A DNA stretch of 32,000 nucleotides from contig NC_013967.1 of the NCBI RefSeq assembly GCF_000025685.1, positions 930,001 through 962,000 of the forward strand, written 5' to 3'. This document shows positions 16,916 through 24,614 of this stretch, one piece after another. Every line of letters starts with the position of its first letter. Positions within the stretch are counted from its first letter, which is position 1. Origin of the DNA: Haloferax volcanii DS2 (GTDB taxonomy: Archaea; Halobacteriota; Halobacteria; Halobacteriales; Haloferacaceae). Position numbers and translations under genes: made by a program. The notes under the pieces were generated by a model, which saw only the letters and a list, made by a program, of their open reading frames with translations, searched no databases and was not told the origin of the DNA.

Positions 16916-17000
16916 CTCTCGATGCGTTCCTCACGCTCGTTCGTGTACGATATCGGGCCGAACCACGTCTTCTTTACCGACCGCTCCCACAGAGAGTACC

Positions 17001-17627
17001 GTGAGAAACGTAACCGACCGCACGAGAAACCCGTTCGACATGCGACCGTCGTGTGACCGGTACGTCCCCGGCTACGGCGACGCCAACGCCGACTTCCACG
17101 TCATCGGCGACCACCCCGGCGTCCACGGGGGCATCGAGACCGGCGTCCCCTTCGCGGGGGGCGCAGGCGAGAAGCTGTTCCCGGCGCTCGAAGACGGCGA
17201 GTTGCTGGGCGAGGCCGGCGACGAACCGACCGTGAACAGCACGTTCTTCTCGTATTTGCATATGTGCGTGCCGGACGGCACGCCGTCGGCGGCCGACTAC
17301 ACCGACATGGAGCGCTTTTTCGACGCGGAGCTCCGCGCCATCGCTGCCCACGTCCTCCTGCCGGTCGGCGCGGTGGCGACGAAGTACGTCCTGAACAACT
17401 ACACGTCGGTGGGCTGGAAGACGGACATCGACATGGAAGCACTCCACGGCGAGGAACTCCGCGGGAGCGGCTTCCTCGTGTTGCCCATCAAGGACCCCGC
17501 CGAGTGGGACGACGGCGACCACGACGAACTCGTCGCCGGCCTGCTGGAGCTTCAGTCGACCGACTTCCGCCGCGAATCCGACCTCGGCCGCTTCATGCCC
17601 GGAGCGGACCCGTATCTGGTCAGATAG
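17001..17627 (+). CDS. Uracil-DNA glycosylase superfamily protein (divergent family 4/5-like)
   Basis: 208-aa ORF with a GTG start. TATA-like TTCTTTA lies about 27 nt upstream. The layout ...C.RYVPGYGDANADFHVIGDHPG... parallels UDG motif A (GExPG). The motif-B region reads ...LVLPIKDPAEW... Confidence 0.75.
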   Translation: MRNVTDRTRNPFDMRPSCDRYVPGYGDANADFHVIGDHPGVHGGIETGVPFAGGAGEKLFPALEDGELLGEAGDEPTVNSTFFSYLHMCVPDGTPSAADYTDMERFFDAELRAIAAHVLLPVGAVATKYVLNNYTSVGWKTDIDMEALHGEELRGSGFLVLPIKDPAEWDDGDHDELVAGLLELQSTDFRRESDLGRFMPGADPYLVR

Positions 17628-18030
17628 CGTATTTTCGGCCGCGTTCGACTCTCGTCCGCGGATTCGATAGATTCTTCACCATTCTGGCGTCCGTTCGTCC
17701 AGTAACAACCATGAAGGATATTAGGTGTCCAGTTAATACGGCTAAATGAATCACATAAGAGCATATTTATCCAGTCGTTCTGGAGGCCGTGGTTCTAATT
17801 GGCGATAACAAAGGACTTTTTACAACTAGTGTCCAACATGGTGTTGACGCGCGTGGTTCGATTCACTTCCGCCGGGCGCGTCAGGCAACTGTGAGACTGG
17901 TGCTCCTCACAGTGGCTTGGTCAGTCCGGGGACCTGCGCTCGGCCGCGGTCCCCGCTCTTAACTCAGACACGAGCGATAGTTCGACGTCTCGTCACGGAG
18001 AATCGCGCTCCGAAAGCGACCGCGCTCCGA

Positions 18031-18534
18031 TTAGAGCTTGTCCGCGAGTCGCTTGAGCGCGCCGTATCCGTACTCAGTGACCGGCTCGCCGTGGCCCACC
18101 GCGACCACGTCGACCGGCGGGCAGCGCGCCGCGAACGCGCGGACGCTCCGTCTGTTCTCCGCGGCGTCGGTCGCGATGAATCCCGGCAACAGCCCGAGGC
18201 TCCCGTTCGACTCGCGGACCTGGTCGCCGACGAACCCGACGCCGTGGTCCTCGTGGACGAACGCGGTGTGGCCGGGGGTGTGTCCCGGCGTCCGGTACGC
18301 GACGAAGCCGCCGAGTTCGTCGCCGTCGCGGACGACATCCACGGGGTTCGTCGGTCGCTCGACGAACGCCGCGAGCGCGCGCTGTGCGACGCCTTTCAGC
18401 GAGCGAGGCGACGGCTTCGACGCGCCGGTCAGGTGCGAGGCGTCCGGCTCGGCGAGGTGAATCGGCACGTCGTCGCGGAGGCTGAGCGAGGCGAGCGTCC
18501 CGACGTGGTCGAGGTCGAAATGGGTCACGAGCAC
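18031..18534 (-). CDS. MBL-fold metallo-hydrolase, apparently N-terminally truncated (possible pseudogene or remnant)
   Basis: The 167-aa ORF starts at GTG directly in front of the HxHxDH-type motif (VLVTHFDLDHVG) and also has ...YRTPGHTPGHTAF... and ...VGHGEPV... MBL-like sequence continues upstream of the only start codon, up to an in-frame TAG at 18679-18681. See the findings. Confidence 0.6.
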   Translation of the reverse strand: MLVTHFDLDHVGTLASLSLRDDVPIHLAEPDASHLTGASKPSPRSLKGVAQRALAAFVERPTNPVDVVRDGDELGGFVAYRTPGHTPGHTAFVHEDHGVGFVGDQVRESNGSLGLLPGFIATDAAENRRSVRAFAARCPPVDVVAVGHGEPVTEYGYGALKRLADKL

Positions 18535-18678
18535 CCGGTCGATAGCGCCGGGGTCGAGGTCGGAGCGGGCGAGGCCGCGGAGGAGTCGGTCGCGGGCGAC
18601 AAAAATCGTGGGCGAGGGCGGCCCGCACGCCGCGACTTCCGAGGCGGCCGCCTGCCGGGACGCCCCGCACCGCGCCAG

Positions 18679-19818
18679 CTACCGCGAGGCGAAGAGATAC
18701 CACCCGGCGTCGACGACGAACCCGCCGGCCCCGAGAAGCGGGCAGACGACGAAGCCGAGGAGGTCGACCGCGACGGGGCGGCCGACGCCGACCGCGCCGG
18801 CCACCACGAGCGCCAGCGGGACGGCCGCCGCGAGCGCGTAGACCCACGTTGTCCACGCGTGGCCGAACCGGGCGATGACTCCGGCGACCGAAACCGCGAG
18901 GAGCGCCGCCGCGACCGGGAGGACGACCACCGTCGGCGTCGCCGCCGCGGTCTGCAAAGCGGCGACGCTCGGCACCGACAGCGGCGACGACGCGAGAAGC
19001 GCCGCGGCGGGCGCGGCGGTGTCGAGCGACGCGAGCGCGGTCACGAACCCCGCGCCGTCGCCCGAGAGGTGCCACGCCAAGCCGCCGAGATACGCCAGCA
19101 GCGCGCCGAGCGAGACGCCCCAGCCGAACCAAAGCGGGTTCGTCCCCCCGGACGCTGACGCGGACGCCGACTCGGAGCCGTCGCGTTCGCGTTCGAACCG
19201 GCCGTTCGTCCCCGTTCGACTGGACTGCGTGTTTCGGGTGCGGCCGCGCGACGCCCCGCTCGCGGCCGACGACTGCGATGCGCCCGTAGTCCGCGACGAC
19301 GACCCGGAGGCGCGCGACGAGGAAGCCGACCCCGAGTGGCGCGACCGACCCGACCGCGACGAACTCGCGGTCGAAGACGAAGACGACGCGCGCCCGGACG
19401 ACCGACCGGAAGAAGACGAGGAGGACGACCGACCGGAAGAAGACGAGGAGGACGACGTGGACGAGGACGACCGGCCGGTCGAGGACCCCGACGAACCTGA
19501 CCGCCCGCCGGCGTCGGCGCTTCCAGAGCCGCTGGACCCGGCCTGCTCGTCGGCCTTGCCGGGGTATCTGAACTTCGTCAGGCCGTCGAGGCGCTTTTCG
19601 ACGTACGTCCCGTGGCCCATCCGGTCGTAGTCGGCGCGCTCGGCGTCGTCGGTGAGGACTTCGTAGGCCTTCCGGACGACGGTAAACTGCGCCGTGGCTC
19701 GCTCGTCGTCGTTGACGTCGGGGTGGTACTCCCGAGCGCGCTGACGAAAGGCCTGCTTTATCTCCGCCGTCTCGGCGTCGCGTTCGACCCCGAGGAGTTC
19801 GTAGAAGTCCACCGGCAT
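18679..19818 (-). CDS. Membrane-anchored J-domain (DnaJ-like) protein with Ser-rich linker
   Basis: Start taken at ATG 19818 (MPVDFYELLGVERDAETAEIKQAFRQRAREYHPDVN...), giving a J domain with HPD. A Ser/Gly/Arg low-complexity linker of about 120 aa follows, then four predicted TM helices (NPLWFGWGVSLGALLAYLGGLAW..., ...LLGFVVCPLLGAGGFVV...). Confidence 0.85.
   Translation of the reverse strand: MPVDFYELLGVERDAETAEIKQAFRQRAREYHPDVNDDERATAQFTVVRKAYEVLTDDAERADYDRMGHGTYVEKRLDGLTKFRYPGKADEQAGSSGSGSADAGGRSGSSGSSTGRSSSSTSSSSSSSGRSSSSSSSGRSSGRASSSSSTASSSRSGRSRHSGSASSSRASGSSSRTTGASQSSAASGASRGRTRNTQSSRTGTNGRFERERDGSESASASASGGTNPLWFGWGVSLGALLAYLGGLAWHLSGDGAGFVTALASLDTAAPAAALLASSPLSVPSVAALQTAAATPTVVVLPVAAALLAVSVAGVIARFGHAWTTWVYALAAAVPLALVVAGAVGVGRPVAVDLLGFVVCPLLGAGGFVVDAGWYLFASR
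19400..19453. repeat. Perfect 27-bp tandem duplication inside the J-protein Ser-rich linker
   Basis: GACCGACCGGAAGAAGACGAGGAGGAC occurs at 19400-19426 and identically at 19427-19453. It is in frame (9 codons) within the poly-Ser/Gly-Arg segment. Confidence 0.9.
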
Positions 19819-19984
19819 TCGACGTGCGATTCGATGCGACGCCGGCTTTTGAATGTACCGGGCGTTCGCCCGGCGAATCGAGTCGGTGACCGACCGCGTG
19901 CCGGCGAGCGCGCGACAAACCGCGGGACGCCGCGTCCCCGCGACCATTCGGAATAATCATGCACCTCGGCGGTCAGGTGGCCGC

Positions 19985-20983
19985 ATGGAACGGATACGGC
20001 TCGGTAACACCGTCTTCGAGGGCCTCAACAACGCCTATCTCCTCCCCGGCGACCGACCGACGCTGGTCGACGCCGGCGTGGCGACCGACTCGGTCCGCCG
20101 CGACCTCCGCGAGGGACTCGACGCGGCCGGGTACGGGGTTGCGGACCTCGACGCCATCGTCCTCACCCACTGGCACGCCGACCACGCCGGACTGGCGGGC
20201 GAACTCCAGGCCGAAAGCGGCGCACCGGTCTACGTCCACGCCGACGACGCGGGCATCGTCGCGGGCGACCCCGACGCGGTCGCGGCCGAGCGCTCGATTC
20301 GCGAGCGCCGCTTCGACGAGTGGCGTATCCCCGACGAACCGCTCGCCGAAGTGACCGCGTTCCTCGACGGCCACGACGACCTCCGGGGCGACCGCGTCGA
20401 CGTGACGCCCGTCGAGGACGGCGACCGCATCGCCGCCGGCGACGGCGAACTCGAAGTCGTCCACCTCCCCGGCCACGCCGCCGGCCTGAGCGCCTTCGCC
20501 TTCGACGGCGAGCCCGGCGCGGGTCGCGAGGCGTTCGTCGGCGACGCGATTCTCCCGAAGTACACCCCGAACGTCGGCGGCGCTGACCTGCGGGTCGACC
20601 GCCCCCTCGAAACCTATCTCGACAGCCTCGCGCGCCTCGCGGCCCTCGACTTCGAGCGGGCGTGGCCCGGCCACCGCGACCCCATCTCCGACCCCGCCGG
20701 CCGGGCGCGCGTCATCGCGGAGCACCACCGCGAGCGCACCGAGCGCGTCGTCTCCGTCCTCGACGATCACGGCCCGGCCGACGCGTGGACCGTGAGCGCG
20801 CGCCTGTTCGGCGACCTCGAAGCCATCCACATCCTCCACGGCCCCGGCGAGGCGTTCGCCCACCTCGATCACCTCGTCGCCGAGGGCGTCGTCGCGCCCC
20901 CGGACGACAGAGGGCGGTACGAACTCCTCGACGCGGACCCGGACTTCGACGAACTGGTCGCGGTTCCCGAGACGAAACGTTAA
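19985..20983 (+). CDS. MBL-fold metallo-hydrolase (full length)
   Basis: Start taken at internal ATG 19985 ([31 protein letters not shown]...). It has THWHADHAG, ...HLPGHAAG... and ...WPGHRDP... TATA-like GGAATAATC lies about 30 nt upstream. Confidence 0.88.
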   Translation: MERIRLGNTVFEGLNNAYLLPGDRPTLVDAGVATDSVRRDLREGLDAAGYGVADLDAIVLTHWHADHAGLAGELQAESGAPVYVHADDAGIVAGDPDAVAAERSIRERRFDEWRIPDEPLAEVTAFLDGHDDLRGDRVDVTPVEDGDRIAAGDGELEVVHLPGHAAGLSAFAFDGEPGAGREAFVGDAILPKYTPNVGGADLRVDRPLETYLDSLARLAALDFERAWPGHRDPISDPAGRARVIAEHHRERTERVVSVLDDHGPADAWTVSARLFGDLEAIHILHGPGEAFAHLDHLVAEGVVAPPDDRGRYELLDADPDFDELVAVPETKR

Positions 20984-21009
20984 AACGCCGCTGGAGGGAA
21001 CGGAGAGCC

Positions 21010-21300
21010 ATGGAACTGCGGGTCATCGACAAGACCGACGAGGAACTCCGCATCGAAATCGGCGGCGAGGACCACACCTTCATGAACGTCCTGAAGGGCG
21101 AACTCCTCCAGACCGACACCGTCACGGCCGCGACCTACGACGTGAACCCCGAACAGTCCGGCGGACAGACGGACCCCGTCCTCTCCATCAAGACGGAGTC
21201 CGGCGTCGACCCCCTCGACGCGCTCGCGGAGGCCGCCCGCGGCGTCCAGCGCACCGCCGACGACTTCACCGACGCCTACCGCGCCGGTATCGACGCGTAA
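21010..21300 (+). CDS. rpoL: DNA-directed RNA polymerase subunit L (Rpo11)
   Basis: A 96-aa product from ATG 21010: [36 protein letters not shown]..., the typical RpoL/Rpo11 pattern. It begins only 26 nt after the MBL gene stop. Confidence 0.9.
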   Translation: MELRVIDKTDEELRIEIGGEDHTFMNVLKGELLQTDTVTAATYDVNPEQSGGQTDPVLSIKTESGVDPLDALAEAARGVQRTADDFTDAYRAGIDA

Positions 21301-21363
21301 TCTGCGGGTTCTCTCTCGTTTCTTCCGGCCGCGAGCGGCGCGTCTCTCAGTTCTCGGCTTCGG

Positions 21364-21924
21364 TTACTCACCGCCGCCGCCCGGCCCTTCGTAGTCCTTC
21401 TCGCCGGCCTCGATGCGGACTTCGAGCCAGTTTTCCATCGGAACCAGCGGGCACTCGTAGCGCGGAGAGTAGGCGCAAAACGGGTTGTACGCGTAGTTGA
21501 AGTCGACCACCCAGCGCCCGTCGTCGGTCCGGTCCGCGGCTTCGAGGTCGAGGTAGCGACCCGCTCCGTACGTCTCCTCGGCGTTCGTCTCGTCGCGGAA
21601 CGGAACCCACAGGCGGCCCTCGTCGGCGTCGGCGCGGTAGGCGTCGAGCGCGTACGACTCGCCGTGGACCTCGAACTCGAAGCGCGCCCACGCGAGGTAC
21701 TCGCGCTCGCCGTCGGTCGAGGTGCCGATGGTGATGCGCTCGGGGTCGTCGTATTCCCGGAGTTCGAGTTCGAACCGGAGGTCGGGGTCGGGGTCGAAGT
21801 AGTCGAGGCCGTCGAAAACCTCCCGCTGGTCCGGCGGAACCGGAGAGTTGCGGTCCCCAGCGAGATAGCGGTCCTTCTGTTCGCGGTGCGTGCGGAGGGC
21901 GTCGAGCCACGCGTCGTCTGTCAT
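21364..21924 (-). CDS. DUF1684 domain-containing protein
   Basis: 186-aa ORF with ...YFDPDPDLRF..., ...GAGRYLDLE... and ...DFNYAYNPFCAYSPRYECPLVPMEN..., characteristic of DUF1684. Confidence 0.88.
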   Translation of the reverse strand: MTDDAWLDALRTHREQKDRYLAGDRNSPVPPDQREVFDGLDYFDPDPDLRFELELREYDDPERITIGTSTDGEREYLAWARFEFEVHGESYALDAYRADADEGRLWVPFRDETNAEETYGAGRYLDLEAADRTDDGRWVVDFNYAYNPFCAYSPRYECPLVPMENWLEVRIEAGEKDYEGPGGGGE

Positions 21925-22014
21925 CTCGGGTCGAGATACGACGCGGCGGCGGGTTAAGATTGGTTTCGACTGCGCGGGGGACGCACGACCGGCGGACGGG
22001 TCGGGACGGGACGC

Positions 22015-22043
22015 GAAAAGAGAGACGAAAAGAGGCGGAAAAG
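22015..22043 (-). terminator. Three phased oligo-T tracts (minus sense) downstream of hisF
   Basis: Plus strand GAAAAGAGAGACGAAAAGAGGCGGAAAAGA carries A4 runs at 22016-19, 22028-31 and 22039-42, which are T4 tracts in the hisF sense. They lie 20-50 nt after the hisF stop (22064). Confidence 0.5.
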
Positions 22044-22063
22044 AACGGCTGTGGAGGCGGGGC

Positions 22064-22876
22064 TTACAGTCGAACCGGCACGTCGCGCTCGTCGAGGTAC
22101 TCCTTGACGTCCCGAATCGTGTACTCGTCGAAGTGGAAGATGGAGGCGGCGAGCCCGGCGTCCGCGCCGGCCTCGGTGAACACCTCGCACATGTCCTCGG
22201 GGCCGCCGCAGCCGGAGGAGGCGATGACGGGCGTCGAGACGCTGTCGCAGACGGCCTTCGTCAGCGGGATGTCGTAGCCGTCTTTCGTGCCGTCGGCGTC
22301 GATGGAGTTGATGAACAGTTCGCCCGCGCCGCGGGACTCGGCCTCGTTGGCCCACTCGACCACGTCGACGCCGGTTCCCTCGCGGCCGCCCTTGACGGTG
22401 CACTCGAACCAGCAGGACTCGCCGTCGACCTCGGCGTAGTGCTCGCCCGCCTCGTCGAAGCGCCGGCGGGCGTCCACCGAGATGACGATACACTGACTGC
22501 CGAAGGAGCGCGCGCCCTCCTCGATGAGGTCGGGGTTCTGGAGCGCCGCGGTGTTGATAGAGACCTTGTCCGCGCCGGCGCGGAGCGTCTCTTTGATGTC
22601 GTCGCGGGTGCGGATGCCGCCGCCGACGGTCAGCGGGATGAATACCTCGTCTGCGACCTTCGAGACGGTGTCGAGCATCGTCTCGCGCCCCTCCGCGGAG
22701 GCGGTGATGTCGAGGAAGACGAACTCGTCCGCGCCCGCCTCGTTGTACAGTTTGGCCATCTCGACCGGGTCGCCCGTGTACTTCAGGTCCTCGAAGTTGA
22801 CGCCGGTGTAGACCGCGGGGTTCCCGTCCTCGTCGAGGTCGACGTCGATACAGGGGATGATGCGCTTCGTGAGCAT
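22064..22876 (-). CDS. hisF: Imidazole glycerol phosphate synthase, cyclase subunit HisF
   Basis: 270-aa [17 protein letters not shown]...[36 protein letters not shown]...GGGIRT... Confidence 0.95.
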   Translation of the reverse strand: MLTKRIIPCIDVDLDEDGNPAVYTGVNFEDLKYTGDPVEMAKLYNEAGADEFVFLDITASAEGRETMLDTVSKVADEVFIPLTVGGGIRTRDDIKETLRAGADKVSINTAALQNPDLIEEGARSFGSQCIVISVDARRRFDEAGEHYAEVDGESCWFECTVKGGREGTGVDVVEWANEAESRGAGELFINSIDADGTKDGYDIPLTKAVCDSVSTPVIASSGCGGPEDMCEVFTEAGADAGLAASIFHFDEYTIRDVKEYLDERDVPVRL

Positions 22877-23066
22877 TCGCTACCGAATCGTTGGCGAAAG
22901 AGCCGTTTCACCGTTTCGACTACGGCAGGTGGTGGGCGGAATTCCGACCACCTCGCCGAGTCGCCCGGTGACCGCGAGACTGAGCCGGTTCCCTCGCCGT
23001 CCCCCGCGGCAGAGCCACCTTGATGTCCCGTCCGTGAGAACCACGACGCGGGTTCCAGTTCGAACG

Positions 23067-23222
23067 ATGGCGGATTCAGCCGAGCTACTCAGCCTGCTGG
23101 TGGTCGTCGAGTTCGTGGTGATGGCCGCGATAGTGGCGCTTCTGGTCCCGCTCGACGCCGCGATTCCGTTCCTCCCGCTCGCGCTCGTGTTCCTGGTCGT
23201 GCTGTATCTATATCGGTCCTGA
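23067..23222 (+). CDS. Small membrane protein (51 aa, two hydrophobic segments), hypothetical
   Basis: ATG at 23067: MADSAELLSLLVVVEFVVMAAIVALLVPLDAAIPFLPLALVFLVVLYLYRS. A T5 tract follows at about 23302. Confidence 0.5.
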   Translation: MADSAELLSLLVVVEFVVMAAIVALLVPLDAAIPFLPLALVFLVVLYLYRS

Positions 23223-23331
23223 ACCGCCCGGGGCGACGCCCGCCCGCGAGACCGGTCGCAAGCGATGCAGTGGTTGGGCTCGCGGACGATGGTTAGGTGC
23301 GTTTTTGTACCGCGAACCCGTCGCCCCGCGT

Positions 23332-23499
23332 ATGAGCGACGACCACGACCACGGACACGACGACCACCACGAAGACGAACAAGACGGCCGCGTCACCTCC
23401 CCGATGCAGGAGTTCTCGATGAGTCAGGTCACGACCGGCGTCCTCGTCTTCGTCGTCGGCCTCGTCGTCACGTTCGGCATCCCGCTGGCGCTCGCGTAA
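23332..23499 (+). CDS. Small His/Asp-rich membrane protein (55 aa), hypothetical
   Basis: ATG at 23332: MSDDHDHGHDDHHEDEQDGRVTSPMQEFSMSQVTTGVLVFVVGLVVTFGIPLALA, with one C-terminal TM helix. GTTTTTGTA lies about 27 nt upstream and could be a TATA box. Confidence 0.55.
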   Translation: MSDDHDHGHDDHHEDEQDGRVTSPMQEFSMSQVTTGVLVFVVGLVVTFGIPLALA

Positions 23500-23594
23500 G
23501 CGCGCCCAGAACCGTTCGAAACCGCTCAAAACCGGCAATCCGCACGAACTTCCGCGTTCTCTCCCCTTTTCAAGCCCCCGCGGCTACGGCCGGT

Positions 23595-24566
23595 GTGAAA
23601 TCTATCGTCGTCACCGAGTACGGGAGCACCGACAGCCTCGAACTGCGCGAGACCGAGACGCCCGAACCGGCCCCGGGCGAGGTCCGCATCGACGTCGAGG
23701 CCGCCGGCATCAACTTCGCAGACATCATGCAGCGGCGCGGGACCTACCGAGACGGCCCGGAACCGCCGTACACGCCGGGGATGGAGGCCGCGGGGACCAT
23801 CGACGCGGTGGGCGAGGGCGTCGACCGCGAGGTCGGTGAACGCGTCGTCGCAATGACCGGCGGCGGGGCGTACGCCGAGTCCGTCACCACGCCGGCCCCG
23901 ACGCTGTTCGACGTGCCCGAGTCGATGTCGTTCGCCGAGGCCGCCGGCTTCCCCGTCCAGTTCCTCACCGCCTACAACTGCCTCCACGAGTGGGGCGACC
24001 TCGACGGCGACGAGCGCGTGCTGATTCAGGCGGCCGCCGGCGGCGTCGGCACCGCGGCGGTCCAACTCGCCTCCCACGCCGGCGTCGAGACGTTCGGCAC
24101 GGCCAGCACCGAGGCGAAACTCGACCTCGCGGCCGACCTCGGTCTCGACCACGGCATCCAGTACACTGAGGAGGACTTCCGCGAGGTCGTCGCCGACGAG
24201 ACCGACGGCGCGGGCGTCGACCTCGTCCTCGACGGCGTCGGCGGCGAGACGTTCCGGCGCAGTCTGGACGCCCTCGCCGACTTCGGCCGACTCGTCACCT
24301 ACGGGGCGGCGTCCGGCGACGCGGCCGAGGCGGACCCGACGCGCCTGCTGTTCGAGAACAAGTCGGTCATCGGCTTCCACCTCGGAAGCGCCATGCAGCA
24401 GCGCCCCGAGTCGATTCTCGGCGCGGTGCCGGAACTATCCGAACTGCTCGCCGCGGGCGAACTCGACGTGGTCGTCGGCGAGACGTTCGCCCTCGAAGAC
24501 GCCGCGGCGGCCCACGAGTACATCGAAGCCAGAAAGAGCAGCGGGAAAGTCGTCCTCGAACCGTAA
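23595..24566 (+). CDS. NADPH:quinone oxidoreductase / zinc-type alcohol dehydrogenase family (MDR)
   Basis: GTG start at 23595 (V/MKSIVVTEYGSTDSLELRETETPEPAPGEVRIDVEAAGINFADI...), with the cofactor motif AAAGGVGTAAVQLA. The upstream part of the 23265 frame is Arg-rich and non-coding-like. Confidence 0.88.
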   Translation: MKSIVVTEYGSTDSLELRETETPEPAPGEVRIDVEAAGINFADIMQRRGTYRDGPEPPYTPGMEAAGTIDAVGEGVDREVGERVVAMTGGGAYAESVTTPAPTLFDVPESMSFAEAAGFPVQFLTAYNCLHEWGDLDGDERVLIQAAAGGVGTAAVQLASHAGVETFGTASTEAKLDLAADLGLDHGIQYTEEDFREVVADETDGAGVDLVLDGVGGETFRRSLDALADFGRLVTYGAASGDAAEADPTRLLFENKSVIGFHLGSAMQQRPESILGAVPELSELLAAGELDVVVGETFALEDAAAAHEYIEARKSSGKVVLEP

Positions 24567-24614
24567 CGGAAGCGGCGTGACGCGGCACCGCGCCCTTTCA
24601 GTTTAGCTTTCGGT

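Noticed and set aside
17552-17764. 70-aa minus-strand ORF starting in the AT-rich island
   Set aside because: It overlaps the 3' end of the UDG-like gene by about 76 nt, its composition is atypical for a halophile (basic, not acidic), and it has no recognisable motif.
17660-17860. Replication origin, suggested by the AT-rich core with repeated TCCAGT resembling part of archaeal ORB cores
   Set aside because: There is no orc1/cdc6 gene anywhere in the window. There are no full-length inverted ORB elements with G-strings flanking the AT stretch, and the repeats are only 6-mers.
17845-17885. Possible tRNA or tRNA 3' fragment (GGTTCGATTC T-loop-like motif)
   Set aside because: The flanking bases do not form a 5-bp T stem (CGTGG versus CACTT). 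No acceptor, anticodon or D arms can be built. At best it is a decayed fragment, and it is mentioned only as context for the AT-rich island.
18679-18681. TAG as pyrrolysine or programmed read-through joining the J-protein and the MBL
   Set aside because: Pyrrolysine decoding is known from methanogens with pyl genes, not from haloarchaea, and no pyl genes or PYLIS-like context were seen here. Truncation or rearrangement is the simpler explanation. The point is kept as a low-probability alternative in the finding.
17917-19960. 413-aa (+) and 628-aa (-) ORFs overlapping the MBL and J-protein genes
   Set aside because: Both are Arg-rich off-frame or antisense products. The J-domain frame (HPD motif, TM helices) and the MBL frame (HxDxDH, PGHTPGH) explain the region.
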